A DNA stretch of 64,000 bases, taken from Candidatus Heimdallarchaeota archaeon. Lineage in GTDB: Archaea > Asgardarchaeota > Heimdallarchaeia > JABLTI01. The translations under genes and the position numbers were made by a program. Below, piece after piece: positions 9,345 through 21,600 of this stretch. Position 1 is the first letter of the stretch. Each line of letters starts with the position of its first letter. The notes beneath the pieces are model-generated. The model was not told the DNA's origin. It ran no database searches and saw nothing but the letters and a program-made list of their open reading frames with translations. The stretch is from the NCBI GenBank assembly GCA_018238155.1, contig JABCTZ010000036.1, forward strand, positions 397,241 to 461,240. Reading direction: 5' to 3'.

Positions 9345-10819
9345 TAGTAATCTCTCCTAATTGCGTCTAGTCTTCCTTTCATTCGCCATTGGTTCGATTG
9401 ATCTGGAAGGTTTGTTTCATTCTTCCTCATCCCTACGGCGAATAAAGCACTTGCTTGTAAACAGATACGTTTTTTTAATTTCTCAAGGATATTTCGCTCT
9501 TCAATAAATTTAATGCTTATATCCCCTGATTTGAATTTTTCATCATTAAATAACTCTTCAAAAAATGGTATGTTGGTTGCAAAACCAAGGATAGATAATT
9601 CCTTTAGAGCCATTTTAGCTCGAACTATCGCTTCTTCTCGTGTCTCATCTGCAACAATCAGTTTTCCTATTAATGAATCATAACAATCTGGGATAGTAAA
9701 TCCTTCATATATTGCAGTATCAAAACGAACTTGTGGTCCTCCTGGTGCAGTGAATTTCCTGACTCGTCCTGGAGTCGGGCGGAAATCCAATAAAGGATCT
9801 TCTGCATTGATCCTTAACTCCATTGCATGACCCCTAAATTTAATATCAGATTGTTTAAAGGATAAATGTTCTCCTTTAGCAATTCTAATTTGTTCTTTAA
9901 CAATGTCTTTTCCAGTTAACATCTCTGTGACAGGGTGTTCGACTTGAATTCTTGGGTTCACTTCATTGAAAAGGATATTACTATCCTTTAAGAGGAATTC
10001 AACAGTCCCTGCATTTCTGTATTTTACTCGTCGAGCTAATTTACAGACTAATCTTCCAATTCTTTTTCGCTCATCATGAGAAATTACTGTTGAAGGTGCT
10101 TCTTCAAGCAATTTCTGATTTCTGCGCTGAATAGAACATTCTCTTTCTCCCAAATGAACTACTTTGCCATAGTTATCAGCAATAATTTGGAATTCAATAT
10201 GTCTAGGATGTTCTAAGAATTTTTCTAAAAATACTTCACCACGTCCAAAAGCAGCTTCTGCTTGAGCACTTGCACTTGCAATCGCAGGATGCAACTCCTT
10301 GGCATTTTCTGCTTTTTGTATGCCCATTCCACCACCACCATAGACAGCTTTTACTAGAATAGGATAACCAATTCTTCTCGCTTCGCGATTAGCATGATTT
10401 TCATTTCGAATAATATCTGAACCAGGAGGTACTGTTAAGCCTACTCTTCTAGCTAAATCTCGAGACTTTACTTTATTTCCTAAAAGCTCAATAACCTCAG
10501 GAGGTGGTCCAACATAGACTATTCCTTCTGCAATGAGTTTCTTAGCAAACATTTCGCTTTCAGAAAGAAACCCATAGCCTGGATGAACACTTTCAATATT
10601 TAATCTATTACAAATAGCAAAAATTTGGTCTATGTCCAAATAACCCGGTTGGTCATTAAATTCTTCTAATTCTATTGCCTCATCTGCAAGTTTAACATGA
10701 AGGGCATTTTTATCTACAGAAGTATAAATTGCGTAAGTTTTTACACCGAGCTCTCTTGCGGCTCGAATAATGCGTATAGCAATTTCACCTCTATTTGCAA
10801 CTAACAGACTACTGAACAT
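9344..10819 (-). CDS. accC: Biotin carboxylase subunit
   Basis: LVANRGEIA, HPGYGFLSE, GGGGMG, ERECSIQRRNQK, EVNPRIQVEHPVTE, RINAEDP, YDSLIGKLI. Confidence 0.97.
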   Translation of the reverse strand: MFSSLLVANRGEIAIRIIRAARELGVKTYAIYTSVDKNALHVKLADEAIELEEFNDQPGYLDIDQIFAICNRLNIESVHPGYGFLSESEMFAKKLIAEGIVYVGPPPEVIELLGNKVKSRDLARRVGLTVPPGSDIIRNENHANREARRIGYPILVKAVYGGGGMGIQKAENAKELHPAIASASAQAEAAFGRGEVFLEKFLEHPRHIEFQIIADNYGKVVHLGERECSIQRRNQKLLEEAPSTVISHDERKRIGRLVCKLARRVKYRNAGTVEFLLKDSNILFNEVNPRIQVEHPVTEMLTGKDIVKEQIRIAKGEHLSFKQSDIKFRGHAMELRINAEDPLLDFRPTPGRVRKFTAPGGPQVRFDTAIYEGFTIPDCYDSLIGKLIVADETREEAIVRAKMALKELSILGFATNIPFFEELFNDEKFKSGDISIKFIEERNILEKLKKRICLQASALFAVGMRKNETNLPDQSNQWRMKGRLDAIRRDY

Positions 10820-10860
10820 GATGTCATCTCACATTCTTTGCTTCTATAAAGTATTAGTGT

Positions 10861-10991
10861 ATTTTTACTGTAAAATGATTCAATTTGTTTATCTAGAAAG
10901 CAAATTTTACTGTAATATACAGTATATTTTTTATATAGCTTATTCTGATTGTAAACTACACAGTTTGGCACATTGTACTGTGTAACAGGAG
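10861..10991. promoter_or_regulatory. Divergent accC / carboxyltransferase-synthase promoter region with palindrome TACTGTA-N3-TACAGTA
   Basis: Perfect 7-3-7 inverted repeat at 10908-10924; TACTGT half-sites also at 10866 and 10977; TTTATATA TATA-like box near 10930. Confidence 0.5.
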
Positions 10992-10999
10992 ATTTGGCA

Positions 11000-12598
11000 A
11001 TGAATCTGAACACAGAGCTTGGCACGCAAAAAGATATGATAAAAAAATCCAATTCGGAAAAAAAGAATGAGGAATTATTAGAAAAACGCGAAGAAGCTCT
11101 TATGGGTGGAGGGCAAAAAGCTATTGATAAGCAATCGGAGAAAGGTAAGCTTACTGCTCGACAAAGAGTGGAGTTACTACTTGATCCAGGTACTTTTTCT
11201 GAAACAAATATGTTCGTCCGACATAATTGTAGCAATTTCAACCTAGAAAAAAAGAAATTTTATACTGATGGAGTCGTCACAGGATTCGGACAAGTAAATG
11301 GGAAGTTAGTTTATGTGTACAGTCAAGATTTTACTATACTAGGAGGAAGTCTTGGTGAAGCACAAGCCAAAAAAATCGCTTACACAATGGATCAAGCTCT
11401 TCAAAATGGTGCTCCATTGATTGGATTCAATGATTCCGGTGGAGCTCGAATCCAAGAAGGAGCTAATTCATTAGCAGGATATGGTGACATTTTCATAAGA
11501 AATGTCCGTGCATCGGGTGTCATTCCTCAAATTTCTTGTATGGTTGGTCCCTCTGCAGGAGGAGCTGTTTATTCTCCCGCACTTACAGATTTCGTCATTA
11601 TGACAGAAGATACCTCTTACATGTTCGTAACAGGTCCTTCAGTTGTTAAAGCTGTTACAGGAGAAGATGCAACTTTTGAGGAACTAGGCGGAGCATCTAT
11701 CCATAGTGCAAATTCTGGTATAGCACATTTAACAGGTTCAGATGAAATCGAATCTATTGAATTTATCAAATTGCTTCTATCCTATCTTCCTTCAAATAAT
11801 CTCGAAGATCCTCCAATAAAAAAAATTACTGTTACAAATGATGCTGATCTTGAGTGCTTAAACAGTGTCATTCCTGAAGACCCTCAAATTCCTTATGATG
11901 TTCGTGAGATTATTTTAAGAGTAGTCGATAAAGGTAATTTTCTTGAGATTCAGAAAAAATGGGCTCAGAATATCATTGTTGGTTTTAGCCGATTAAATGG
12001 ATATCCAATTGGTATTGTAGCTAATCAACCAAATAATCTCGCTGGAGCACTTGATATAAATGCCTCTTCAAAAGCTGCCAGATTCATACGATTCTGTGAT
12101 GCATTTAATATTCCAATTATTTCTTTTGTAGATGTTCCCGGCTTCTTGCCTGGATTAGATCAAGAACACAACGGTATCATTAAACATGGTGCAAAATTAA
12201 TCTATGCTTACGCTGAAGCAACTGTTCCTAAATTAACAGTTATTACTCGAAAGGCATATGGTGGTGCTTACATTGTTATGGGCTCAAAACATTTAGCCAC
12301 CGACATGAATTTTGCCTGGCCATCTGCAGAAATTGCCGTTATGGGTGCAGAAGGAGCAGTACAAGTTCTTTATAGAAGGGATTTAGCTAAATCAGATGAC
12401 AAAGAAACCTTACTTGAAGAATTGAAAAATGAATTCATTGAGGAATTCAATAACCCCTATTTAGCTGCAGAAAAAGGATACATCGATGATGTTATCTTGC
12501 CAAGTGAAACAAGAAGAAAACTCATTGCAGCACTTTGGCCCCTACTCAGGAAGAGAGATAAACTTCCAAACAAAAAACATGGAAATGTACCTCTTTAG
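11000..12598 (+). CDS. pccB: Acyl-CoA carboxylase carboxyltransferase subunit (PccB/AccD-type)
   Basis: GKLTARQR, QDFTILGGSLG, DSGGARIQEG, GPSAGGAVYSPALTDF, DVPGFLPG, RKAYGGAY, KKHGNVPL. Start moved to the ATG at 11000, which follows AGGAGA. Confidence 0.95.
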   Translation: MNLNTELGTQKDMIKKSNSEKKNEELLEKREEALMGGGQKAIDKQSEKGKLTARQRVELLLDPGTFSETNMFVRHNCSNFNLEKKKFYTDGVVTGFGQVNGKLVYVYSQDFTILGGSLGEAQAKKIAYTMDQALQNGAPLIGFNDSGGARIQEGANSLAGYGDIFIRNVRASGVIPQISCMVGPSAGGAVYSPALTDFVIMTEDTSYMFVTGPSVVKAVTGEDATFEELGGASIHSANSGIAHLTGSDEIESIEFIKLLLSYLPSNNLEDPPIKKITVTNDADLECLNSVIPEDPQIPYDVREIILRVVDKGNFLEIQKKWAQNIIVGFSRLNGYPIGIVANQPNNLAGALDINASSKAARFIRFCDAFNIPIISFVDVPGFLPGLDQEHNGIIKHGAKLIYAYAEATVPKLTVITRKAYGGAYIVMGSKHLATDMNFAWPSAEIAVMGAEGAVQVLYRRDLAKSDDKETLLEELKNEFIEEFNNPYLAAEKGYIDDVILPSETRRKLIAALWPLLRKRDKLPNKKHGNVPL

Positions 12599-12655
12599 TA
12601 CATTTTATATGATTTTTTTTATTGTAACCAAAAATTTAAACAGGAGATATTTTAA

Positions 12656-15600
12656 ATGGTTGCTGATACAAGATTTAATCAAATAATGGAAAATAAAAAA
12701 CCGATATTGGCATTTAATCCTTTAGGACTCAATGATCTAGGATTAGTAAAAGCAGTAAACAAAGCAGGTGGCATAGGTTTAATTAATCTTGAACGTATGA
12801 CAGCTCAAGGATACCAAGCAATATTAATAAAATGCTTGTCAGAAATTACAAATATTGTTGGAATTCGAGTAGTAAATAAAGATCAATTGAATTTCATTTT
12901 GGAACACTCCTCAAAACAACAAAGTTTGATACTCATTATTGCTGATGTTTCTCTAAGCAAAGAGCAAATAAAATTGGCAAAAGAAAAAAGAATGTCACTT
13001 ATTGCAGAAGTTATTTCATTAGAAGAAGCTTATGATAAAAAGTGGGCTGATGTTTTTCTATTAAAAGGTGCAGAAGCTGGCGGAAGAGTTAGTGATGAAA
13101 CTTCCTTCATTCTTACTCAGCAATTTGCAGAGGCTGGACTTGAATTCATTGTTCAAGGTGGAGTCGGTATTTATACTACTCCAGCACTCTTTGCTGCTGG
13201 AGCTAAAGCTGTTGTGCTTGATACACAATTGTATACTATGCCTGAATGCCCCTTATCAAAGGAAGTAAAAGATTTTCTTGTTAAACTTGATGCAACTGAT
13301 ACAAAAATTATTGGTGATTCAACAAGTTACAAATACAGAGTATATGCTCGCTTAGCAACAAAAATCGTTAAAGATTTTATCAAGATTGAGAAAGATCTTC
13401 TTGGTTTATCTCTTGAAGAGCGGACAAAGAAAATTAAACAAAAAATAGAAGATGAGAAGGAATCTTTCAATAGCCCTACTTTAGCTAATTGTCTGCTACC
13501 AATAGGTCAAGATGTTTCTTTTATTAACATCTTTTCAAAGAGATTTTCATCTGTGGAAGAAGTTTTTGACGGTCTTCTTGAACAAACTAAAAAACAAATC
13601 AAAAATACTCTTGATAATTATCCTTTCAAAAGTGGTTCTGATTTAGCAAAAGATTTGGGAATAAAATATCCCTTAATTCAAGGTCCAATGGCTAATATTT
13701 CCGAAAGCCCTGAATTTGCCAAAATCATTGCAGAAGAAGGAGCTCTTCCTATTCTTGCTCTTGGTTCTCTGTTCAAAAACCAATCCAGAAATTTAATCAA
13801 GAAAACTAAGGAAACATTAGGCTCTCTTCCGTTTGGTTGTGGAATCATTGGTTTAGATGCTAATGCTACTGCTCGAGATAACCATTTAGTGATAATTAAA
13901 GAAATACAACCATCATTGGTTGTTGTAGCTGCTGGAACAATTGATTTAGCAAAGGAAGTTATGAGTTATGGTGACATTAAGACTTTCTTACATTCACCCT
14001 CTCCCTTGATTTTTTCAGAAGCAATTGAAACTGATGTTAGATACTTGGTTCTAGAAGGTATGGAATGTGGTGGCCATATTGGTATTTTAACTAGTTTTGT
14101 TTTATGGGAACTATCCCTACATCAACTAGTACGATTACAAGATAAAATAAAAGCAAGTGGAAAGAAGATCAATGTAGCTTTTGCTGGTGGCATTGGAGAT
14201 CGATTTTCTGCTGCAATGGTTGCAGTTATTGCGTCAGCTTTACCTGACCTAATGAACAGTGCACTATGGGTAGGTACAGCTTATATTCTTACAGAAGAAA
14301 TTGTTGATACTGGTGCAGTAAAACCTCTTTATAGAGAACAAGCATTAGATGCTAAAGAAACAGTTCTTCTTGGTGAGACTGTAAGCATTCGAGCCAGAAC
14401 AATTCCAACACCATATGCTAAAGTTATTGTTGAACGAGAACTAGAACGAATAAAGGACGGTATAAGTCTCAAAGAACGTAAACATCTCTTCGAAAGAGAT
14501 AATCTGGGTTCAACTCGTATAGCTGCATTAGGTGAAATTTGGAATCCTGATGGAGAAGATGATAAACCAAATAGATTTGTACCAATTGATGAAAAAGGTC
14601 AATACGAAAAAGGAAATTATATGATAGGTCAGATAGTTGGTAGTTTACGAAGTATTCGTACTGTAAAGGATCTTCATATGGAATTAATTGAAGAGTCAAA
14701 AAGAGTTGTTAGTACCAAAGGAAAAAGTATTACCAAACAATTTGAAGCTAAAGATGATTCTGTTAAAACAATTAATTCGCAAATTGAACATGATCATACA
14801 AGTCCAATACCTGATGATATCCCTCATGGTGAGGGTGTTGCAATTGTTGGTTTAGGTGGAATCTTTCCAGATGCATTAAATATTGATCAATATTGGAAAA
14901 ATATTACTTTAGGACTTTATTCAGTAAAAGAAATACCAAAAGAAAGATGGTCCAATGACCTTAGCCTCTTTTATTCTCCTGACCCATTTGAACCCGATAA
15001 AACATATGCGAAAATTGCTGCAACAATTGATGATTTCAAATTCAATTCATTGGAATTTAAAATACCTCCAAAAGTTGCTCTAAGGATGGATCGCGTTCAG
15101 CAATTCGCTTTGGTAGCTGCAAAAGAAGCTCTAATTGATGCCAATATTTTAGATAAAGATAATTCAAACACAGCTGTTATTATTGGAAACAGTATGGGTG
15201 GAGAGATTCGAGTGGATTACAATAGAAGAATTTTCTTACCTGAAACCTATCGTTCTTTGGAAAAATGTGCTTCTTTTAGTAATATTGACAAAGGTGTTTG
15301 GAAGAAAGTCAAAGAAGAATTAAAAGTGATTTATGACAGCGATCTTTTGTCAATAAATGAGGACTCGATGCCTGGAGAATTATCTAATGTAATTGCAGGT
15401 CGAGTAGCCAATGTCTTCAATCTTCGAGGTAAAAGTATGACCTGTGATGCTGCTTGTGCATCAAGTTTAGCTGCTTTGAATATCTCCGTTAAAGGATTAC
15501 TAGATAATGAGTACGATGTTGTTCTTTGTGGTGGATCAGATTGTTCATTAGATGCGTCCATTTTTGTTAAATTTGCAAAAATTGGTGCAATCTCTGCAGA

Positions 15601-18600
15601 AGGTTCATATCCATTTGATAAAAGAGCAAATGGTTTTGTAATGGGTGAAGGTGCTGGGTTTGTTGTTCTTAAACGTCTTTCTGATGCAGAAAGAGATGGT
15701 GATAAAATTTATGCTGTTATTCGAGGATTAGGCGCAGCAAGTGATGGAAAAGGTAAAGGTATCACAGCACCAAATCCAATAGGACAAAAACTAGCCATTC
15801 AAAGAGCATTAGATCAAGCAGGAGTAACCTTCCCTGACATACAATTTATCGAAGCTCATGGAACTGCTACTGGTGTAGGTGATGTTGTTGAAATGGCTGT
15901 TTTGAATGAGATGGCAGAAAACACGCCCAAATCATCAATAGTCATTAGCTCAGTTAAAAGTCAAATAGGTCATCTAAAAAGTGCTGCGGGAATTGCTTCT
16001 ACAATCAAAACTGCTCTGGCACTTTACCATAAAAAATTCCCTCCAACAGCCAATTTCAAATATCCAAATCCAAAAGTTGCCTGGGAAACTTCACCATTTT
16101 ATGTTACAACTGAAGTAAAGGATTGGCCTCAACCAGTTTCTGGTCATCGAATTGCAGGAATATCTTCTTTTGGTTTTGGTGGAACAAACTTTCATGCTAT
16201 TATGGAAGAATATATTCCTGGAGAAACCATTGGTCATCTACCTAAATTATTTACAAAAGAAGAATTGGACTCATTAGTTTTACGTGTTAGTCAAATGGCT
16301 TTACATTCTGGTGATGGGCAAGGTTTCACAACTGTGTTTGATGAAGCATCCTGGGAGAATTTTTACAACGAAAATATAGTATTAGAAACAGAACCCCTCT
16401 TTGTAGGAGGAACCTCAGATGCAGCCTTACTTAAAAATTTGAAAGCATTAAAAACAAAAATACCCAAGAGTACTTTTGCTTTGAATGGAACAGGGACTCG
16501 TATACATGATTTTAGTCAAGAAACAATGTCTGCTCTTTCTCAGAAGAAAAGAATAGGTATTGTATCAAAATCATTAGACGATTTACCTTCTCTAATTGAT
16601 TCTGCAATATCTGGACAACAAGATAAAGCTAAGAGATTGATATTAAGAAATAAAGGAATATTCTATGGAGAAGATCACTCTCTTGGAAAAATTGCTTTTA
16701 TGTTTCCAGGGCAAGGTAGTCAATATGTTAGGATGGGCAAAGAGCTCTGGGATAAGTATGATATTGTAAAAGAAGCTTTTAAAGAAGCTGATGAAGTAAC
16801 TCAAACCGAACTTGGTTTCTCCCTTACAGAGATAATTTTTGCTATAGGAAAAGATGATGCAGAAGCAAAAGCATTACTGAGAAAAACAGAAGTAACGCAA
16901 CCGGCAATCTTTGCTGTTAATATAGGCATTTACCGGTTATTGCGTTCATTTGGTATAAAACCTGATTTTGTTGCTGGACATAGTTTAGGAGAATATGCAG
17001 CACTTGTTGCTTCAGGGATTGTTAGTTTCAAAGATGGCTTAATGGCTGTAATTCCTCGTGGAAAAGCAATGTCTCTTTTTGAATCAGATGATAATGGAAT
17101 GATGGCTTCAGTAAGCTCTGATGCTGAAACAATAGAAGAAGTTTTGAAAAGTGTGAAAGGTTATGTTATTGCTGCTAATAAAAATACTCCAAGTCAAACA
17201 GTAATATCCGGAGCATCTCCTGCAATAAAAGAAGCAATCAAGATTTTCATAGAAAAAGGTATTACTGCAATTCCTTTACCCGTTTCCGCAGCATTTCATT
17301 CAGAAATAGTTGCTCCCGCAGAAAAATTCCTAAGAGAATCGTTAGAAAAGCTTACCTTTAACAAACCTTCAATTGCTCTTTCAAGCAATGTTACAGGAGG
17401 TATATATCCTGAAACAAGGCAAGAAATTATTGATCTACTTTGTAAACAAGTGTATTCTCCTGTTGAATGGATGAAACAAATTGAAAATATGTATGAGGAA
17501 TATGGAGTAAGAACCTTCATTGAAATAGGACCAAAATACGTTCTAACAAGTTTTGCTAAATCTGTTCTTAACGATAAGAAAGACTTTGTAGCTCTTGCAT
17601 CAAACCATCCAAAGAGAGGAGCTATGCAACATCTCAATGAAGTGTTGGCTGCTCTTGGTGCTTTTGGCTATCCTCTCAAAATTCCTAATAAGGATGATTC
17701 TATTTACAGTGAAGAGTTTAGAAATCCAACAAAGAGATTCTTCAAGAGGAAGGCAATTTCAATCCCGTCAATTGCTCCTTCAACTAGTACACCTAAGGTT
17801 ATTACTAAAGAATCTCCCTTTGATGTATTAGCTTTTGGTGATTTGGCTTCGATAACAAAAAATGATGATTTTAACGACTACTTAGAATTACAAGCACCAG
17901 CTATCAATGCATTTCTTAAAGCAGGTTATGATACATACCAGAATATAATCGCAAAAGCATTAGAGACTAAAAAAGAAATAGACAGGCTGAACATTAATAC
18001 AGATGCTGTTGGAGTTACAGGCATTGCAATCGGGTTGCCGGGTAAAAATCGCAAGGTATTCGATGATTCTAATTTCGATGCAATCCTCTCTGGTCAGAAT
18101 TTCATAGAAAAAACCTCCGTTCAATTGAGAGAAAAGATAGTTGAAAAGAATATAGTACGACTAGTGAAAGATGCTGTTAAAGGAGCACAATTCCAATCAA
18201 TAACTGATGTAAGTGAAGTTATTAAACTTGCAGCTCAAAAAGGAGAGTTTGATCTTACAAAAGATTATGGTGTACAAGCAGAATTTACAGAGATTTTTGA
18301 TGTAACATTTCAATTAGCATTAGCCGCTGGAATTGAAGCACTTAAAGATGCCGGCATTCCATTAATGCCTTTGAAAATTAAAACATCTGTTGGAAAAGAA
18401 ATCTCCAAAGGTTGGGTATTGCCGGAATCAATGAGAGATGAAACAGGTATTGTTTTCGCTTCTGCTTTTCCTGCAAGTAACAATCTAATTTCAATTGTAT
18501 CTCAATCCCTTGCAGATAAATATGCATCAAAGCATAAGGACGAAACAATTTTACTTTTCGATGAATTAATTCAACAAATATCAAATAAAACCTCAAGAGA

Positions 18601-21600
18601 AAATGTGACAAAGTGGTTTGAAAAGAATAAAGCCTCACTTGCTGGTGATAAGAAATCGAAATACCAGTTCAGTCGGAAATTCTTATTCGAAGTTCTTTCA
18701 ATGGGTCATTCTCAATTTGCTCAATTTATTCGAGCACGAGGACCAAATACTCAAGTAAATGCTGCTTGCTCTTCAACAACACTTGCTATTGGCATTGCTG
18801 AAGATTGGATTCGAAATGGTCGATGCAAACGAGTAATTGTCATCGCAGCAGATGATATAACAAGTGATGAAACGTTCCAATGGTTTGGTTCAGGATTCTT
18901 AGCAGTTGGAGCAGCAACAACTTCTGAAATAGTGGAAGAAGCTGCTTTACCATTCGATAACAGAAGACACGGAATGATTGTTGGAATGGGAGCTGTCGGT
19001 ATAGTTTTGGAATCAGAATCAACAATGAATGAAAGAGGGATAAAACCAATTGTTGACTTGATGGGAACGCATCTTGTAAATTCAGCATTCCATGGAACAC
19101 GATTGGATCGTGATCATATTTCATCTCAAATGAGTGATTTCATTGGAAAAATGGAGAAAAGATTTAATGTCTCAAGAGATGATATTGCGAAACAATTAGT
19201 TTTTGTTAGTCATGAAACCTATACACCTGCTCGTGGTGGAAGTGCTTCTGCGGAAATAGACGCTCTACGAAAAACTTTTGGTGCTTCGTTAGATAAAGTC
19301 GTTATTGCTAACACAAAAGGATTCACAGGTCACGCTATGGGAGCAGGAATAGAAGATGTTGTTGCAGTCAAGATGCTCCAAGAAGGAATTATTCCTCCTG
19401 TAGCAAACTTCAAAGAAGTAGATCCTGAATTAGGTGTCCTTAATCTTTCAAAGGGTGGAAAATATAATATCAAATATGCTTTGCGTTTTTCAGCTGGTTT
19501 TGGTTCACAATTAGCAATGGTTTTGTATCGTTTGAATACAGCTAGTGGACGATTTGACAGCAAGGATTATGATCGCTGGTTAGCAACAATTGGTGGTAGT
19601 CGTTCTACTATGAAGATTTCTAATAATACATTGAGAATGACTGAAGATCCTAATATAGCAAAAACATTACTTTCCACTCCAACTCCACGCTCCTCTGTTG
19701 TTTCTGCTTCTAATAGTGAAGTTGTTACAATGATTATCTCATTGTTATCTGAGAAAACAGGTTACCCTGCAGATATGATTGAAGCCGATATGCATCTTGA
19801 AGAAGATCTTGGCATTGATACTGTTAAGCAAGCAGAATTATTTGGTATGTTGCGTACACAATATAATTTACCTCGTGAGGAAGGAGTTAGAATTCAAGAT
19901 TATTATTCAGTAAACAAAATTGCTGAATATCTTGCTACTAAGATGGACCCTGTAGCTTCCACTTCTGTTGTTGCCGGAACATCTTCAATTCCGATCAGTG
20001 AAATTACTAAAGTGATTATTGACCTTGTTTCTGAAAAAACTGGTTATCCACAAGACATGTTAGAAGCTGACATGGAACTTGAAGAAGACCTTGGTATTGA
20101 TACTGTTAAACAAGCAGAAATTTTTGGTATTCTTCGTACAAAATGGGATTTACCTCGAGAAGAAGGAATTCGAATTCAAGAATACTCAACAATTACTAAG
20201 ATTGCAAAGTATGTTTCAGATAGAATTGCAAGTTCATCTGGAGCTTCAGCAAGCACTTCAAGTCAACCATCTAAGAAACCACTCGAAAAAGTTCCTGCTC
20301 AAAGAATGCAATTACAATTAATACCTTCTCAAATTAAGACAAAAGGTTTAGATCTCAAACAGAAGCAGTTCATTGTAGTTGGTGATAATAACATCTTTAC
20401 TAAAGATATTGTTTCAATTCTGGAGAAGAAAAAAGCTCGAGTTGTGAAAACAATCAACTTAAAGTCTATGAAATCGCTTGATAAACTCAAAGCAGCATTA
20501 CCTAAAGAACAAGTTGATGGTTTAGTTTTCATCGCTCCAAAGACAACAGTTCAGACAAAACATGATCTTGTTGCACGAAGCTTTTTCATTTGCTGTCGAT
20601 ATTTATCCTTTAATGAGAAGCCAATTGTTTTATCTATAGATAATCTATCCGAGAATCTCGGTTGGAAACAAATAAAATCCAACCCTATTGTTGGCTCATT
20701 AACTGGCTTTACTAAAGCACTTGCTCGAGAGTTTGTTGGAGGTACTGTTAAATTTGTTAGCTGCCAAAAACCAAAGCAAGCAATTGATGAGTTATGTACT
20801 GGTGATGGCTCTGTAGAAGTACTATACAATTCTGCAGGAAAACGTCAAATATTCATCACAACTGTAGAGGAATTGGAAGAAGCTAAAGAGAAATATAAAC
20901 CAACTAAAGATGATTTGATAGTTATTACCGGTGGTGCACAGGGAATAACTTTTGAAATCAGTAAGAAAATAGCTGAAAAATATCAAGCAAAATTGGCATT
21001 ATTTGGTCGGACAAAAATTCCAAGGAATATCAAAGAACTACTTGCATTGGATGAAGCCGGCTTAACTGAGCTCAAAAATGCTATGGTTGCCAAAATGAAA
21101 GAGACAGATGACAGAGTCACACCTGTTAAAATTGAGAAAGCTTGGTCAAAAACAGCAAAAGCTATTGCTATACAGAAAGGAGTGCAAGAACTTGTATCCT
21201 TGGGTTCAAAAGCAAAGTATTATTCTGTTGATGTTGTTGACACAGAGAAAATGAAGAAAATTCTACTAAAAGTTACTTCAGATTTCAAAACTTCAATAAC
21301 AGGTATAGTGCATGGTGCCGGCTTGGAAGTTTCTAAATACATTGCTGACAAAGAGCTCACTGATTTCAATCAAGTCTACAACGTTAAAGCAATTGGGTAT
21401 GATAATTTAATCAATAATATTGATTTGAAGAAAATTCAATTCATCATTTGTTTCTCCTCTGTTGCAGGACGATATGGAAATGGTGGACAAGTAGATTATT
21501 CTGCTGCAAATGATTATCTCTCAAAGAGTTGCTGGAATCTAAGAGCGAAGGGTATACGTGCAACCTCTATTTGTTGGACTGCTTGGGCAGAAGTAGGAAT

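Noticed and set aside
10910-10922. LexA SOS box (CTGT...ACAG)
   Set aside because: The spacer is 5 nt rather than 8, and the host appears archaeal.
10801-11241. 146-aa minus-strand ORF and the many other short ORFs overlapping long genes (e.g. 1059-1289, 6445-6828, 8304-8708, 17296-17637, 40164-40997)
   Set aside because: They are antisense or off-frame shadows of well-supported genes and carry no motifs.
8853-12598. Carboxylase as evidence of 3HP/4HB autotrophy
   Set aside because: No other cycle genes are in the window, and its position beside the synthase points to extender supply. Acetyl versus propionyl specificity cannot be read from the sequence.
12634-12657. ATTTAAA-c-AGGAGA-tat-TTTAAAT hairpin over the synthase RBS as another member of the hairpin family
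   Set aside because: The stem is A/T only in AT-rich DNA and AGGAGA here is simply the RBS, so chance is likely.
18004-19530. KS2 as a PfaC-type chain-length factor, making this a standard PUFA synthase
   Set aside because: KS2 keeps Cys-His-His, no FabA-like DH/isomerase pair is recognisable, and there are only two ACPs, so PUFA production cannot be claimed.
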